Position numbers and translations under genes: made by a program | Assembly (NCBI GenBank): GCA_963758525.1 | Contig: CAVWVQ010000003.1 | Location: 1,664,001 to 1,728,000 of the forward strand | Length of the DNA stretch: 64,000 bases | DNA from: an uncultured Phycisphaerales bacterium | GTDB lineage: Bacteria; Planctomycetota; Phycisphaerae; Tepidisphaerales; Tepidisphaeraceae | Reading direction: 5' to 3' | Notes under the pieces: model-generated | What the model saw: the letters and a program-made list of their open reading frames with translations, nothing else | Told to the model about the DNA's origin: nothing | Databases searched by the model: none | In this document: in pieces, positions 10,030 through 20,638 of the stretch | Layout of the letters: the number at the start of each line of letters is the position of its first letter | Numbering within the stretch: position 1 is the stretch's first letter

Positions 10030-11040
10030 ATGAGAATTCCAAAAGCTATTGTTGCCGTGACCGCAGTCGGCCTCACCGCATTATTCTTCGCGCACACCCG
10101 CTCATGGGGCGGCCCGCCAGCCGACAAGCATCTCGCCCGGGAAATCTTCGACGCGATGATTCAGGTTCATGGTAACAAGGCGGGTTTTCGCCCCGCCCAT
10201 GCGAAGGGAATCGTCTGCCAGGGAACGTTCGCGGCTTCGCCGGAGGCGGCAAACCTTTCGAAGGCCGCGCATTTCCAGGGAACTTCAGTTCCGCTCACCA
10301 TTCGCTTCTCCGATGGCGGGCCTGACCCAATCATTCCCGACAACTCGCCCAACGCCGGTCCGCACGGAATGGCAATCCGTTTTACGCTTCCGGGCGGCGA
10401 AGAGACCGATATCGTTGCGATGTCGCATAATGGTTTTGTCGTTGCCACGGGGGAGGAATTCCTCGCGCTGCAGAAGTCGGTCGTGGCGACCGATCCGGGT
10501 AAGCCGCATCCCTGGCCGGTTGAGGAGTTCCTCGGTGCCCATCCTCTGGCATTGAAGTTCGTGAAGGACAATGCCGTTGTGCCCGCGAGCTTCGCCAACG
10601 CTTCATTTTTCGGGAACGACGCATTTATCTTCGTGAATAAGGAGGGAACGAAGCAGGCCGGGCGATACAAGATCGTTCCTTTCGACGGACAGAAGGATTT
10701 GAGCGAGGAAGAAGCGAAAACCAAGACCCCAAATTTTCTCGTCGATGACCTCAAAACGCGCCTTGCGACAGCGCCGATCAAATTTCATCTGATGGTCCAA
10801 CTTCCCAACGACGGCGATGCGACCAAGGATCCCTCCCTCGTCTGGCCAGACGATCGCAAAACCATCGACGCGGGCACGATCAGTGTGACGGCGGTTCTTC
10901 CCGACAGCGCCGCTGCGGAGAAAGCGCTTGCCTTCGATCCGATCAACCTGACGGATGGGATCGAGTTGTCCGATGATCCTTTGCCGGCTCTGCGATCGAG
11001 CGTGTATGCGCTCTCGGTGAAGCATCGGAATCCCGAATAG
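10030..11040 (+). CDS. secreted catalase-related peroxidase (SrpA-like)
   Basis: Signal peptide, GFRPAHAKG, IRFSDGG, GMAIRF, DPINLTDGIELSDDP..RSSVY. Confidence 0.9.
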   Translation: MRIPKAIVAVTAVGLTALFFAHTRSWGGPPADKHLAREIFDAMIQVHGNKAGFRPAHAKGIVCQGTFAASPEAANLSKAAHFQGTSVPLTIRFSDGGPDPIIPDNSPNAGPHGMAIRFTLPGGEETDIVAMSHNGFVVATGEEFLALQKSVVATDPGKPHPWPVEEFLGAHPLALKFVKDNAVVPASFANASFFGNDAFIFVNKEGTKQAGRYKIVPFDGQKDLSEEEAKTKTPNFLVDDLKTRLATAPIKFHLMVQLPNDGDATKDPSLVWPDDRKTIDAGTISVTAVLPDSAAAEKALAFDPINLTDGIELSDDPLPALRSSVYALSVKHRNPE

Positions 11041-11304
11041 CGGCCGGCGGCGTTCATGCGGAACGGGTAGGTCAGGCACTTCACATGCGCTGTGCCGGGT
11101 GTGCCGAGGGATCAGAAGCCGGGGAACGACCGACTCGGGAGCAAAGTGATTCTGGTGTGCCGGTTGACGGAGCGAGGTTCGATCAAGATCTGGCGGAGGC
11201 ATCCGATCACCACTCCCTGACTTCGCTCTCATTCGTTCGCAGGCAAGACCGGCAGGGGTTAGGCGGATGAGCACTTTTGCCACCGTCACGCGCATTGAGG
11301 CCCG

Positions 11305-12177
11305 TCACAGGGTCGCCAACGAGCGCCAACGGACAACCTTTTCCTCGAACGACAAGACGTTTCGGCCTGGGGTTGGGCTGGAGGATGGCAGGACAACGAT
11401 GCGCAGGGAACTGGTGGCTACGGCAGCATGTGCTTTCTCCACGTACCGTCGGAAAAGCGTGTGCGCCTTTCCGCCGTTGAAGGCGATGGTTTTCAAGTTG
11501 GTGTAGATCGCCAGAAGCCCCGCGAAGCCGTTGGCGACCTCGCTTCTGATAGCAGAGTCCAAGCTTCCAACGCGGTGGGCACTTCGTAACACATCCCAGA
11601 GCGCCAATTGCTTGGCGTGCAAGAACGCTAGCCGCTGAGAGTACTCCGTTTCGACTGATTCGCCATAGACCTCGCTAAGAATCTTCCAGAACTGATTGTT
11701 AGCGTGCGCGTAGTACTGTTGGAGCCGAATTGACTCGTCGCCAGGCATTGTACCCAGAATGAGGATCGTCGAGCTCTTGCCGATAACTGGCGGCAACCCA
11801 AGCTTAACGTTCATAATGTCACCGCCAAGGTCGTCAGTGGTTTGGCGCTGAATAGCCGCGACCAGCGGACGACGGTCGCCACGCTGCGGGGCAATCGAGG
11901 CATGGTCTGAGGAGTCCGCCAATTGCGCGAAAATCTGGGTTAGGACGCTCTTCTCCGCGCCGTTCAGGTTTCCGGTTTTCTTCAGCCCCGCCAGTTCGGT
12001 CGATAGCGCTTCTTTGCCAATAGTGAGTGCCACTTTCGGATTGTTCAGGAACTCGGGAAAGAGATTTACAAGCAGCTTCTCGAGAAAATCCAGAGCATTG
12101 AGTCGAATCCGCGGCTCCTTGAGCCCACGTGCCAGTAGGTCGGCACGTATGGAGCCCTTGATCTCATACCACGTCAT
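11305..12177 (-). CDS. DNA-deoxyinosine glycosylase (UDG superfamily) with ~120-aa N-terminal extension
   Basis: LILGTMPG..QQYYAH..NQFW, LWDVL, GSLDSAI, FNGGKA, LPSSSP. Confidence 0.88.
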   Translation of the reverse strand: MTWYEIKGSIRADLLARGLKEPRIRLNALDFLEKLLVNLFPEFLNNPKVALTIGKEALSTELAGLKKTGNLNGAEKSVLTQIFAQLADSSDHASIAPQRGDRRPLVAAIQRQTTDDLGGDIMNVKLGLPPVIGKSSTILILGTMPGDESIRLQQYYAHANNQFWKILSEVYGESVETEYSQRLAFLHAKQLALWDVLRSAHRVGSLDSAIRSEVANGFAGLLAIYTNLKTIAFNGGKAHTLFRRYVEKAHAAVATSSLRIVVLPSSSPTPGRNVLSFEEKVVRWRSLATL

Positions 12178-12217
12178 TGCGGCTCCGGGTCAAATTCCCT
12201 AATTCGTCCCGTTTGCA

Positions 12218-12553
12218 TTACGCCGCCCGTGTGCCTGCGATGGCTTTCCCGATGCCCTGTCGCGTCACACCCAGCGCCAGCAGCGCCTTGCAGATTAAAT
12301 CGAGGCTGACATCCGGACTGGCGGCTTCCATTTTGGCTACACGCGACTGGCTTGAGCCAATTCGGTGCGCCAATTCATCCTGCGTGATCCCGGCTTTCTC
12401 CCGCGCAGGGCGGAGCATCCGGACCAGCCCTACTTTCAAGTCAATCAAGGCCATCTCGTCATCGGAGAGGCCAAGAAATTCCTGCACTCCACCAACCTTG
12501 AAGCCGGCTGATTCGAGTCTCTTTGTCTTATTCGCGTTCATCAGGCGCCTCAT
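12218..12553 (-). CDS. XRE/HigA-type HTH antitoxin
   Basis: VGGVQEFLGLS..ITQDELAHRIGSSQSRVAKME. Confidence 0.9.
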   Translation of the reverse strand: MRRLMNANKTKRLESAGFKVGGVQEFLGLSDDEMALIDLKVGLVRMLRPAREKAGITQDELAHRIGSSQSRVAKMEAASPDVSLDLICKALLALGVTRQGIGKAIAGTRAA

Positions 12554-12894
12554 TGGTCGAGTTCGTCATACAGCCGGTATCGGCGTCTGCACGCATCGAT
12601 CACAGCCGCCGGTGTTTTCTGGCTCTTCTTCACGAAGACGTCGCCGATGATGATGGCGTCATCGTCGATGCGATACACGAGCCGCCATATCACGCGCTGG
12701 CCGGCGTCACGAATTCGCAATTCGTGGCAGCGAGGCCCGATGGACGGCATCGGCCGAGAGGTCGGCATTGAGAGCAATGACCCCACTTGCAGCAGCCGCA
12801 GCAGAAAGCCCGCACTGCGACGAGCATCAGTCGAGAACGGCGGTGTTTTGACCTCGCCAACTAACTAGACCAACGCTTTGCCTTGCCCCTCCAT
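12550..12894 (-). pseudogene. RelE/HigB-type toxin with in-frame TAG at codon 10
   Basis: MEGQGKALV*LVGEVKTPPFS..GFLLRLLQ..SRPMPSIGPRCHELRI..WRLVYRID. The TAG at 12865-12867 sits where the family usually has Trp. Confidence 0.85.
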
Positions 12895-12906
12895 CCGATA
12901 CACTAT

Positions 12907-12922
12907 ATGTCATATGTGACAT
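12907..12922. promoter_or_regulatory. palindromic operator of the higBA-like TA operon
   Basis: ATGTCA-TATG-TGACAT inverted repeat, 12 bp upstream of the toxin ATG. Confidence 0.65.
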
Positions 12923-13007
12923 TGATGCAAGCTTTCTAACTAAGCCATCCGATTGCCTGCTGAATTCATGGATACTTTCGCTTTCGTCGGTCGCGCGGCA
13001 CCGGCCT

Positions 13008-13484
13008 CTAAATTTGCGCCGCCCCGCCATCCACAAACGGCTCGATGCCGGTGATGAAGCTGCTGTCGTCCGACGCGAGGAAGAGCACGGCTTTGGCGAT
13101 CTCGTCGGGCGTGCCGGTTCGGCCCAGGGGTGTATTTGCGGCCGCCTGGGCGTCGAACTGCTTGATCTGCTCGTCGTTCATTCCAAGTTCCGTCTTGTAG
13201 CCGGGCGTGACGACCGTCCCGGGCGCGACCACGTTGACGCGGATTCCGCGCGGCTTGAGGTCGACAGCCCACGTCCGCGCGAACGACCGGAGTGCGGCCT
13301 TGGTCGCGGCATAGACGCTGAACGCGGGGAGTCCCTTGATCGAGACCATCGACCCATTCAGTACGATCGAGGCGCCGTCGGGCATCAACGGAAGCGCCTT
13401 CTGAACGGTGAACAGCGTGCCTTTGACGTTGATGCCAAAGTATTTGTCGTAATGATCCTCGGTGATCTGCCCCAGCGGCATAAA
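13008..13484 (-). pseudogene. 5'-truncated SDR oxidoreductase
   Basis: INVKG, YAATK, IRVNVVAPG, PLGRTG..EIAKAVLFLAS; the N-terminal Rossmann GxxxGxG half is missing. Confidence 0.85.
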
Positions 13485-14215
13485 TCCTGCTCGATGAAAT
13501 CGGCGACATGCCCCTGTCGCTGCAGGCAAAGATCCTTCGGCTCATCCAGGAACAAAGCTTCGAACGCGTCGGCGGGAACGAAACCATCAGGACAGACGTG
13601 CGCCTGATCGCCTCGACGCATCGCGACCTCAAGAGCTGGGTCGCCCAGGGAAAGTTCCGCGCGGACCTCTACTATCGCTTGAGCGTTTTCACCATCCATC
13701 TTCCGCCGTTGCGCGAGCGCGGCGACGAAGATCTCGCGATGCTGGTCCAGCACTTCCTGCGCCGATATGGCCGCGAGCTGGGACGGGAGACCAACCAGAT
13801 CGCGCCAGAGGCGATGGAGCGTCTGCGGAGATATCAGTGGCCGGGAAACATCCGCGAACTGCAAAGCGTCCTCAAACAGGCGCTCCTCCGCTCTACCGGC
13901 CGCGTCCTTGTCCCGGCATTTCTCCCCGCTCTGGAGGACGCGTCGCAGGACGCGCCTCCACGGCAAACTCCGGCGCGCACGGATTTTTTTGACATGGACG
14001 GCTTCCTGCGGCAACGGCTCAGCCCCGATGCGAACAATCTGTACGCGGATCTGCACCGCGAGCTGGATCGGCACTCGCTTGCTCGCGTCATGACGTACAC
14101 CCGAGGTAACCGACACATGGCATCGCGCGTGCTGGGAATTGCCCGCCAGACCTTGCGTTTGAAACTCCGCGAGTCCGGTCTCTACCCGACCCAGTCCTTC
14201 AAAAGCGGCCTCTGA
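13483..14215 (+). pseudogene. 5'-truncated sigma54-dependent NtrC/Fis regulator
   Basis: Begins at Walker B ILLDEIGDM, then FRADLYYRL, WPGNIREL and Fis HTH; Walker A and GAFTGA are absent. Confidence 0.85.
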
Positions 14216-14334
14216 TGCGGCGCGCGACGCATCGGGCCCAGACATTGCGGGCTCAGGGCAACAACGAGGGAGCAGGTCACTTTTTGCACACTTTAAGTCT
14301 ATGCGCAGGAGTGTCATACAATTGTGGCCATCCA

Positions 14335-15375
14335 ATGCCTGCCGACCCATTTCCCAACCTGGAACACTTTCTGCGTGGAATCCACCGCAGGCTGACGCTG
14401 CTGCGAATCATCGAGCGCGTTGGTGTTGCCGTGGCAATATCATCGGCCTTGGCGCTCCCGGTGATCGTTTTGCTCGCTTTGCGCGGGGCCGAGGCGATCG
14501 CGCCGACGGTGCTCGTTCTCGCACTGGGATTTGTCGGCGGCGTCGCATGGGGCGTGTCGCACATCCCCACGGCTCTCGAAGCGGCACTGGAGGCCGATCG
14601 ACAACTCCAGTGGGCTGATCTGCTCACCTCGGCATTTCTTATCCGTGCGGCGCCGAAGGATCCATGGCAACGCGCTGTGCTCGCCGATGCTGATCGCCGC
14701 TGCGAAGGGCTTTCGCCATCGTCTCTGTTTCTGCGGCGATTAAGTTCCCGGGCATGGAGCGGCATCGGATTGGCGATGACGATCGTGCTGACACTCTCGG
14801 CATGGGTGGGCGCCCCCGCCGATACCTTGGCACGCGACGCGCGTTCTTTAACCGCTTCGAGCCAGGCGCAATCCCGCGGTCTGTCCCCTCAACCGCTTTT
14901 GGCGCCGATCACGCTGGCCGCCCAGCGCCCTTCCGCCGCTCCACCCGATGGGGAGGATGCGGCGGTGGACCGCTCCGTTTCCGCGCCGCCGCAGCGCGGC
15001 GACGGCGCCAACTCGCCCGCGCCCGCCGACGCGCCCGCCAGAGATGCCGCCCCCGACTACGCGCAGGGCGGCACTTTGGGCCGAACCGATGTCGTGTCGT
15101 CTCCCTCGAAGCCGCGCGCCGAGGTCGCAAGCGGAACTTCCCATGCTTCCGGTGGAAAAGCCGCTGGAGGAAACGCGCCTCCAGATGATGCGCCTTCTGC
15201 GGCTGGAAAAACCGCCGACGGAACCGTCGCTGGTCCCGCGCCCGGCGGCCTGTCAACGTTCCCTGGACCGCCCCCGGCTGGCAGCATGACATCGACGCGG
15301 CCCAGCGCGATCTCCAGCGGCGAGATTTCCCCCGCCGACCGTGACCTCGTTGCGGACTATTTTCAGCGAAATTAA
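14335..15375 (+). CDS. membrane protein with low-complexity C-terminal region
   Basis: Two TM helices, AALEADRQL..DLLTSA, a third TM, and C-terminal DRDLVADYF. Confidence 0.7.
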   Translation: MPADPFPNLEHFLRGIHRRLTLLRIIERVGVAVAISSALALPVIVLLALRGAEAIAPTVLVLALGFVGGVAWGVSHIPTALEAALEADRQLQWADLLTSAFLIRAAPKDPWQRAVLADADRRCEGLSPSSLFLRRLSSRAWSGIGLAMTIVLTLSAWVGAPADTLARDARSLTASSQAQSRGLSPQPLLAPITLAAQRPSAAPPDGEDAAVDRSVSAPPQRGDGANSPAPADAPARDAAPDYAQGGTLGRTDVVSSPSKPRAEVASGTSHASGGKAAGGNAPPDDAPSAAGKTADGTVAGPAPGGLSTFPGPPPAGSMTSTRPSAISSGEISPADRDLVADYFQRN

Positions 15376-15643
15376 AAGGCTTTGGACTTCCGAAACTCCT
15401 GATTTCGCCCTCGCGAAGTCGCTTTCGGTGGTTTTTGGCACTATTCTGGCGAATTCGCGAGAAACGATGCTTTAACCTCCCTAATGGGATGGCCGCAGCA
15501 GGCGAGCGCGATTACAATCAAGCCGAGCGAGCGCAAAGCCATTCGCCAGTCTTTGCGCACCAGAGCTTTTCGCGTTTTGACAAAACGTTCTTCGTTTTCT
15601 CGGGCGGGTGTTTTGGCTTTAACCACATTGTGGACTCATTCGC

Positions 15644-17254
15644 ATGTCTAGCAGCGTCTCACAAACCAGCTCGCGTACCACGCTGCCGCCTCCCCGGCAG
15701 CAGGAGCTTGCGACACAGTTTGTTTGCCCCTACTGCGGTGCCGTAAACGATGAGCCGCAAGGGCATTGCCCCCATTGCACGATGGAGAACACACCGGCGG
15801 CCCGAAATGCCACCAAGGCGCGCATCGGCCCCTGGTATGTTCTGCAAAAGCGCAATCCGGCCGCGCCGGGCATGAAATTCGAAACGCTTCTCTCGTTTGT
15901 CCATAAGGGCCGCGTCAAGGCGCACTCGATTGTCCGCGGGCCGACGACGCATCAGCTCTGGCGATTTGCTTCGCAGGTGAAAGGCTTGAGCCGCGAGTTT
16001 GGCTTGTGCTACAGCTGCGGGAGCGAGCTGCCGGCCGGCGCGTTGCTCTGCCCGCAATGCAATCGAGCACAGTCGATGACGACCCATCCTGACGCTTTTC
16101 TGGAGTCAGTGGACGGGGAGTCGGGCGCAGTGGTATACCGGGAGCTGCCCGCGAATCTGGCGGGCGCGGACAACTCGTCTGCCAACTCCGCTGCAACAAC
16201 CATGCAGGACGAAACTTCCAACGCTCCCGATGTTGAGCCCGCGCAGGTCTCGCCGGCGATGGAGCAACCCCCCACGGAGTCCGACGAAGCCCAACCTCCG
16301 GTCGAAAATGATCGCGATATCGTCATTCCGTCGCTTCCCGAGGAGGTCTCTGCGCCCGCTGAGCGACCGACCAGCGCCCGCGAGCGCCTCGCTCAGGCAC
16401 GCCGCCTGCGGTCATTCAACGCCAACTCCATCGACTCCGACGGCAACGGCGATCACTCATTCGAGGACGCGCCGCCCGCGCCGCGCCAGGTCGGCCCGAC
16501 GTTCGTCCCCGGCGCGCGCCCGCGCCCGCGGCACCTGCTGCCAGGCGACGCACCTGGATCGAGGGCGCGCTGTTCATCGTCATTCTCCTTGCCGCGGTCG
16601 GATCAGGATTGATGTACGTCGATCCAAGACTTCAAAGTCTTGCCGAGGGATGGGTCAATACCGGTTTGGCTGCCATTGGCGTTCGATTCAATACCAGGCC
16701 GTCCGATGATGCGATCCTCCCGGCTGATGCGAATTCCCGCCAATCGGTGGCGACTCTCCCGCGAGTGCCCACGCCAGTTTCCGGACCGAATTCCGCCCTC
16801 TTACCTGCACACCAGGCCACAACAAAGCCCCCGGCCGCCCCAGCGCCAGAGTTGGTGAACACCGTTGTCCCGCCGCCGGTTCCCGCACCGTCGCCCGCCA
16901 CCCCGCAACGAAACGTGCCTCCAATTGTCGGCGACAATAGTCCGCCCGCGCCCGCGCGCGCCTGCCGTGACCGCGCCGCCCGTGAGCGCACCGCCGGTCC
17001 CGTTGCCGCCGAATGACACGGCAGCATCCGCCGCTGACGCACCTGTGGCTCCGGAGACGACCGACGACGATCCATTCGCCCGTGCACGGACGCTGCGCCG
17101 CAAGGCAATCGACGCCGAGAATAGCGGCGACTACGCGACCGCAGTCTCATTATTCCAACAAATCAGGGATCTCCCGCGCGAAGCCTGGCCCGGTGACCTG
17201 GATCTTCGGCTCCGAGCCGCCAAGGCAAACGCCGACGGAAAGCCACGGCATTAA
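15644..17254 (+). CDS. zinc-ribbon, Pro-rich membrane protein (two or more frameshifts)
   Basis: CPYC/CPHC and CYSC/CPQC; continues via ORFs 16609-17016 and 16865-17254. Confidence 0.65.
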
Positions 17255-17369
17255 AAGCAACGGCGTGACGGCGCGCTTGCAAATGCGAGACTCGGCGTGG
17301 AGTGCACTTGGACATTCGGAGACGACTCCTGAACTGAACATCTGGGGAGCATGTCCTGCCGCGGTTGAT

Positions 17370-18064
17370 TCAGTTCGCAGCCGGCTTGGTCGTCGCACCA
17401 CTATTCTCGAATTCGACGTGCTTGACGTAAACCAGTTCGTCGAGCGATTGCCCCAATTCTCCTTTGTCCCGCTTATGCAATGCGTACGTTTCGTGACCGT
17501 CCGGAGTCATCAGATACAGCGGCTCCGCGACGCCGCCGGTGATCGTCTTTCCGCTGTTGAGGGTGATCTGATATTGCGTCTCTCGGGCCGGGTAGGTCTT
17601 GCCGCTGTATTCCTTGATGTCGCTGCCGCTCTCCTTGAAATGCCATTCCTGCTCCTCCCGTTCCCAGACGACTTGCGCGTCGATTGATTGAATCGAAGCG
17701 AACGGGAGATCTTTGTACTCTTTTTGCGCTTCCACCCACACCCGCACCGGCTTGCGCGAGTATGCGCGATCAGCCCGTGAATCTTCTCTCCGTTGCTGAG
17801 CAGCATCATCGCCTGCCGTGCGCCGTCCGCGCGAGCGGCATCGAACGGCGACACCGGCTCGGTTGCCGGCGCACCAGCCGGGCTGCTGGATTGTGTCGCG
17901 GCAGACTTTGACTGCGACAACAAAAAATCCAGATCGCTTGGTGCCGGTTGAGTTGTGCCATCGGCGTATGTCAAGGCAGTCGCACCGCCTGCGAAAACGA
18001 ACGCGCATGCCAAGAAGCTGCGAAGGAATAAGCTGGGCAGCACCGCGCGGCACTCTTTGGCCAT
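17370..18064 (-). CDS. secreted hypothetical protein (frameshifted)
   Basis: Signal peptide and TTQPA in ORF 17510-18217; C-terminal domain WEREEQEWHFKESGSD..YPARE in ORF 17370-18089. Confidence 0.65.
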
Positions 18065-18204
18065 GCGTGAAATGCGCAAAAGCGAACATTCGCGGACGTT
18101 CTTCCTGCCTCCTCCCCTCCTACCCGGGAGGATCGAGGTGGGGGCAGGCAATTGCTCCCGCGCTTCTGGCATTTGCGCAGCTCCTTCGCCAAAGTATACC
18201 CGCG

Positions 18205-19143
18205 ATGTTGCTTCCACGGCTCGCCAGCGCGGTGCAGTCCGTCTCCGCCGGCGGGTGGGCCGTCGGCGTCAGCGGAGGAGCGGACAGCGTCGCACTCCTC
18301 GACCTGCTCCGCTCGCGGCGGGATCTCGCGCTGCGTGTCGTCCATCTCGACCATCAGGCGCGCGGCCGGCAGAGCGCCGCCGACGCCGCATTTGTCGCCG
18401 ATCTCTCGGCCCGATGGAATCTGCCCTGCTCGCTCGCGACGCGCGATCAGCTCGAAGCTTCGACCGGCGGCCTTCCGAACAATCTGTCCGCCAGGTTTCG
18501 CGCGCTGCGGCTGATTCTTTTCCAACAAGTCGTCCGCGACCATCAACTCTCCGGCGTGATCGTCGCCCACCACGCCGACGACCAGGCCGAAACCGTCCTG
18601 CACCGCCTGTTGCGCGGCAGCGGCTACGAAGGCCTTTGCGGCATGAGCCGGGCTACTTCCATCGGCGAACTGCGGGTGCTTCGTCCGCTGTTGCGCGTCC
18701 CGCGAACCGATTTGCGAGCCCTGCTGCATTCAATCGGACAGACATGGCGGGAAGACCCGAGCAACGCCACCGACAAATATCTTCGCAATCGCCTGCGTCG
18801 CTTTCTCGCTGCTGATCCCGTGCTCACGCAAGATCTGCTGAGACTCGCGAGCGCCTGCAGAAAGTTACGACGGTGGGCCCGCGGCAGCGCGCCGCGTCTC
18901 GAGGAATCGTTCGCAGTGCATCAATTGGCCGACCTGCCCCTTTTGCTGGCTCGCCAATCGGCGCGGAGCTGGATGATCGATCGGGGAGTTCCGCCTGGTG
19001 ACATCACACCTCAGTCATTGGATCAGCTCGTTTTGATGGCCGCCGATGCGGCTTCGCCGGCGCGTGCCAATTTCCCGGGGTCTTTGCTCGTCCGGCGTCG
19101 TCGCGGCCAAGTCCTCGCGGAATGCCATCCACCTCGATTGTGA
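18205..19143 (+). CDS. tilS: tRNA(Ile)-lysidine synthetase
   Basis: VGVSGGADSVAL, HLDHQAR, AHHADDQAETVL..LLRGSG, RPLL, WREDPSN, RNRLR. Confidence 0.93.
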   Translation: MLLPRLASAVQSVSAGGWAVGVSGGADSVALLDLLRSRRDLALRVVHLDHQARGRQSAADAAFVADLSARWNLPCSLATRDQLEASTGGLPNNLSARFRALRLILFQQVVRDHQLSGVIVAHHADDQAETVLHRLLRGSGYEGLCGMSRATSIGELRVLRPLLRVPRTDLRALLHSIGQTWREDPSNATDKYLRNRLRRFLAADPVLTQDLLRLASACRKLRRWARGSAPRLEESFAVHQLADLPLLLARQSARSWMIDRGVPPGDITPQSLDQLVLMAADAASPARANFPGSLLVRRRRGQVLAECHPPRL

Positions 19144-19150
19144 ATCTCCC

Positions 19151-19560
19151 AAAGCCGACGGATCCTCCGTCGGAACTGATCCGCGCCTGGGCGCAGCTCG
19201 ATGCTGGCTTCTTGCTCCTGACTTCTCCTCCCGAGCTTTACCCCGTAAAGTGGCACGAAATGGCACGAATTGGCACACTTTTGAAGTTGCTCTGTGCCGA
19301 TCGAGGAGGAAGTCAATGTTGACTACGCCATCAAATTCATCCTGAGGTGTCGGAGGAGCCGCCGCCACAGATTCAGGACACGCAGTGGAACGCCGGGGAT
19401 TTCCGTGGAGCACCACGGAAACGGCGAGCATGCTCGCCGGCTAAACCAGATCCCCCTTCCTCCCCTTCCTCCGCTTCGTGCCTTCGTGCCTCCCCGCTGA
19501 TCCCCTTCCTCCCCTTCGTGCCGCAGTTTACCCGCCGCGGCGGGTGCCTTCGTGCCTGCT
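19151..19560. repeat. cluster of several REP-like palindromes and short repeats
   Basis: AAAGCCGACGGATCCTCCGTCGG, TGGCACGAA repeats, CGGCGAGCATGCTCGCCG, CTTCGTGCC x4, CCCGCCGCGGCGGG. Confidence 0.65.
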
Positions 19561-19613
19561 TCCATCCCCCTTTGCCCTCCGCAAGACAAACATTTATCAT
19601 CCTCCGTTCACGC

Positions 19614-20615
19614 ATGGGGCCGACCACCACTTCACCCGCTTCTCCTTCTGATTTCATCCGCCGATGGGAGCGGTCCGAGGCGGCCGAGCGGGCCAACTAC
19701 ACGATGTTTTTGACGGAGCTTTGCACGCTCCTGGCCGTTCCCGGCCCGGAGCCCACGCGCTCCGACGACCGCGACAACGCCTACGTCTTCGAGCGATCCG
19801 TCCCCATGGATGACGGCGACGGCAAGACCACCGTCGGCCGGATCGACCTCTACAAGCGCGGCTGCTTCGTCCTCGAAGCCAAGCAGGGCTCGATCTCCGA
19901 TGAGGAACCCGCTCTCTTCGTCCCCGAAACGCCCGCCCGCGTCCGCCGCGGCACAGCCGTCCGCGGCACCGCCCACTGGGACGCCGCCATGAAGAAAGCC
20001 AAGGGCCAGGCCGAGCGCTACGTCCGCTCACTGCCGGCGGATGAGGGGAACCCGCCATTCATCATCGTGGTGGACGTCGGCTACGTGATCTTTTCGGAGA
20101 AGCTCCGAAAGATCGAAGAGCTGACGGACAAGGACCGCGTCATTCACGAGCAGGGGCTGGTATCGGTCCTGAAACAAATCCACGACGACCTCGACGCGGC
20201 AGTCGCCGACGCCTACGGCTGGCCGCCGGACCTCGCCGACGAAGAAATCCTCCGGCGGCTGGTGGCCCTCAACGCCGAGCGGGCCGAGGAAGAGAAGCGC
20301 GGCCTGATCCGCTGGCTGCGCCCGGAATTCCAAAACCCCGGCGGCGCCTCCGCCAACCAGGGCCACCTCGGCCTAACCCCCGCGGAGCAACCCGCCCAGC
20401 CCAAGAAAGCCGACAAACTCCCCTGGCCGAAATCCCTCGCCGAGCAAGCCCAGGCCGTGCGCGCCGCGCTGGGCGCGGAAGCCGGGCCGGCCAGTGCTGC
20501 GGAATTGTCGAAGCGATTCAAAGGGGCGAAAGCGGATCGCGTTGGGGAGTTGCTGGCGACGCTGACGGCGCTGGGGAAGGCGCGGTCGGTGGGTGAGGAG
20601 CGGTTTGTGGCGTAA
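19614..20615 (+). pseudogene. MmeI-like type IIL restriction-modification gene with a large in-frame internal deletion
   Basis: N-domain FIRRW..ERANY..FLTELC..GRIDLYKRGCFVLEAK..PPFIIVVDVG is joined directly to the C-terminal EKLR..IHEQGLVSVLKQIHDDLDAAV..AYGWP..IRWLRPEFQ. No DPACG or NPPF methyltransferase motifs. Confidence 0.85.
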
Positions 20616-20638
20616 GTCTTCACTGATCGGACAAGTGC

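Noticed and set aside
12865..12867. TAG as pyrrolysine or alternative genetic code
   Set aside because: TAG ends several intact genes in this window; no pyl genes seen; a simple TGG-to-TAG change explains it.
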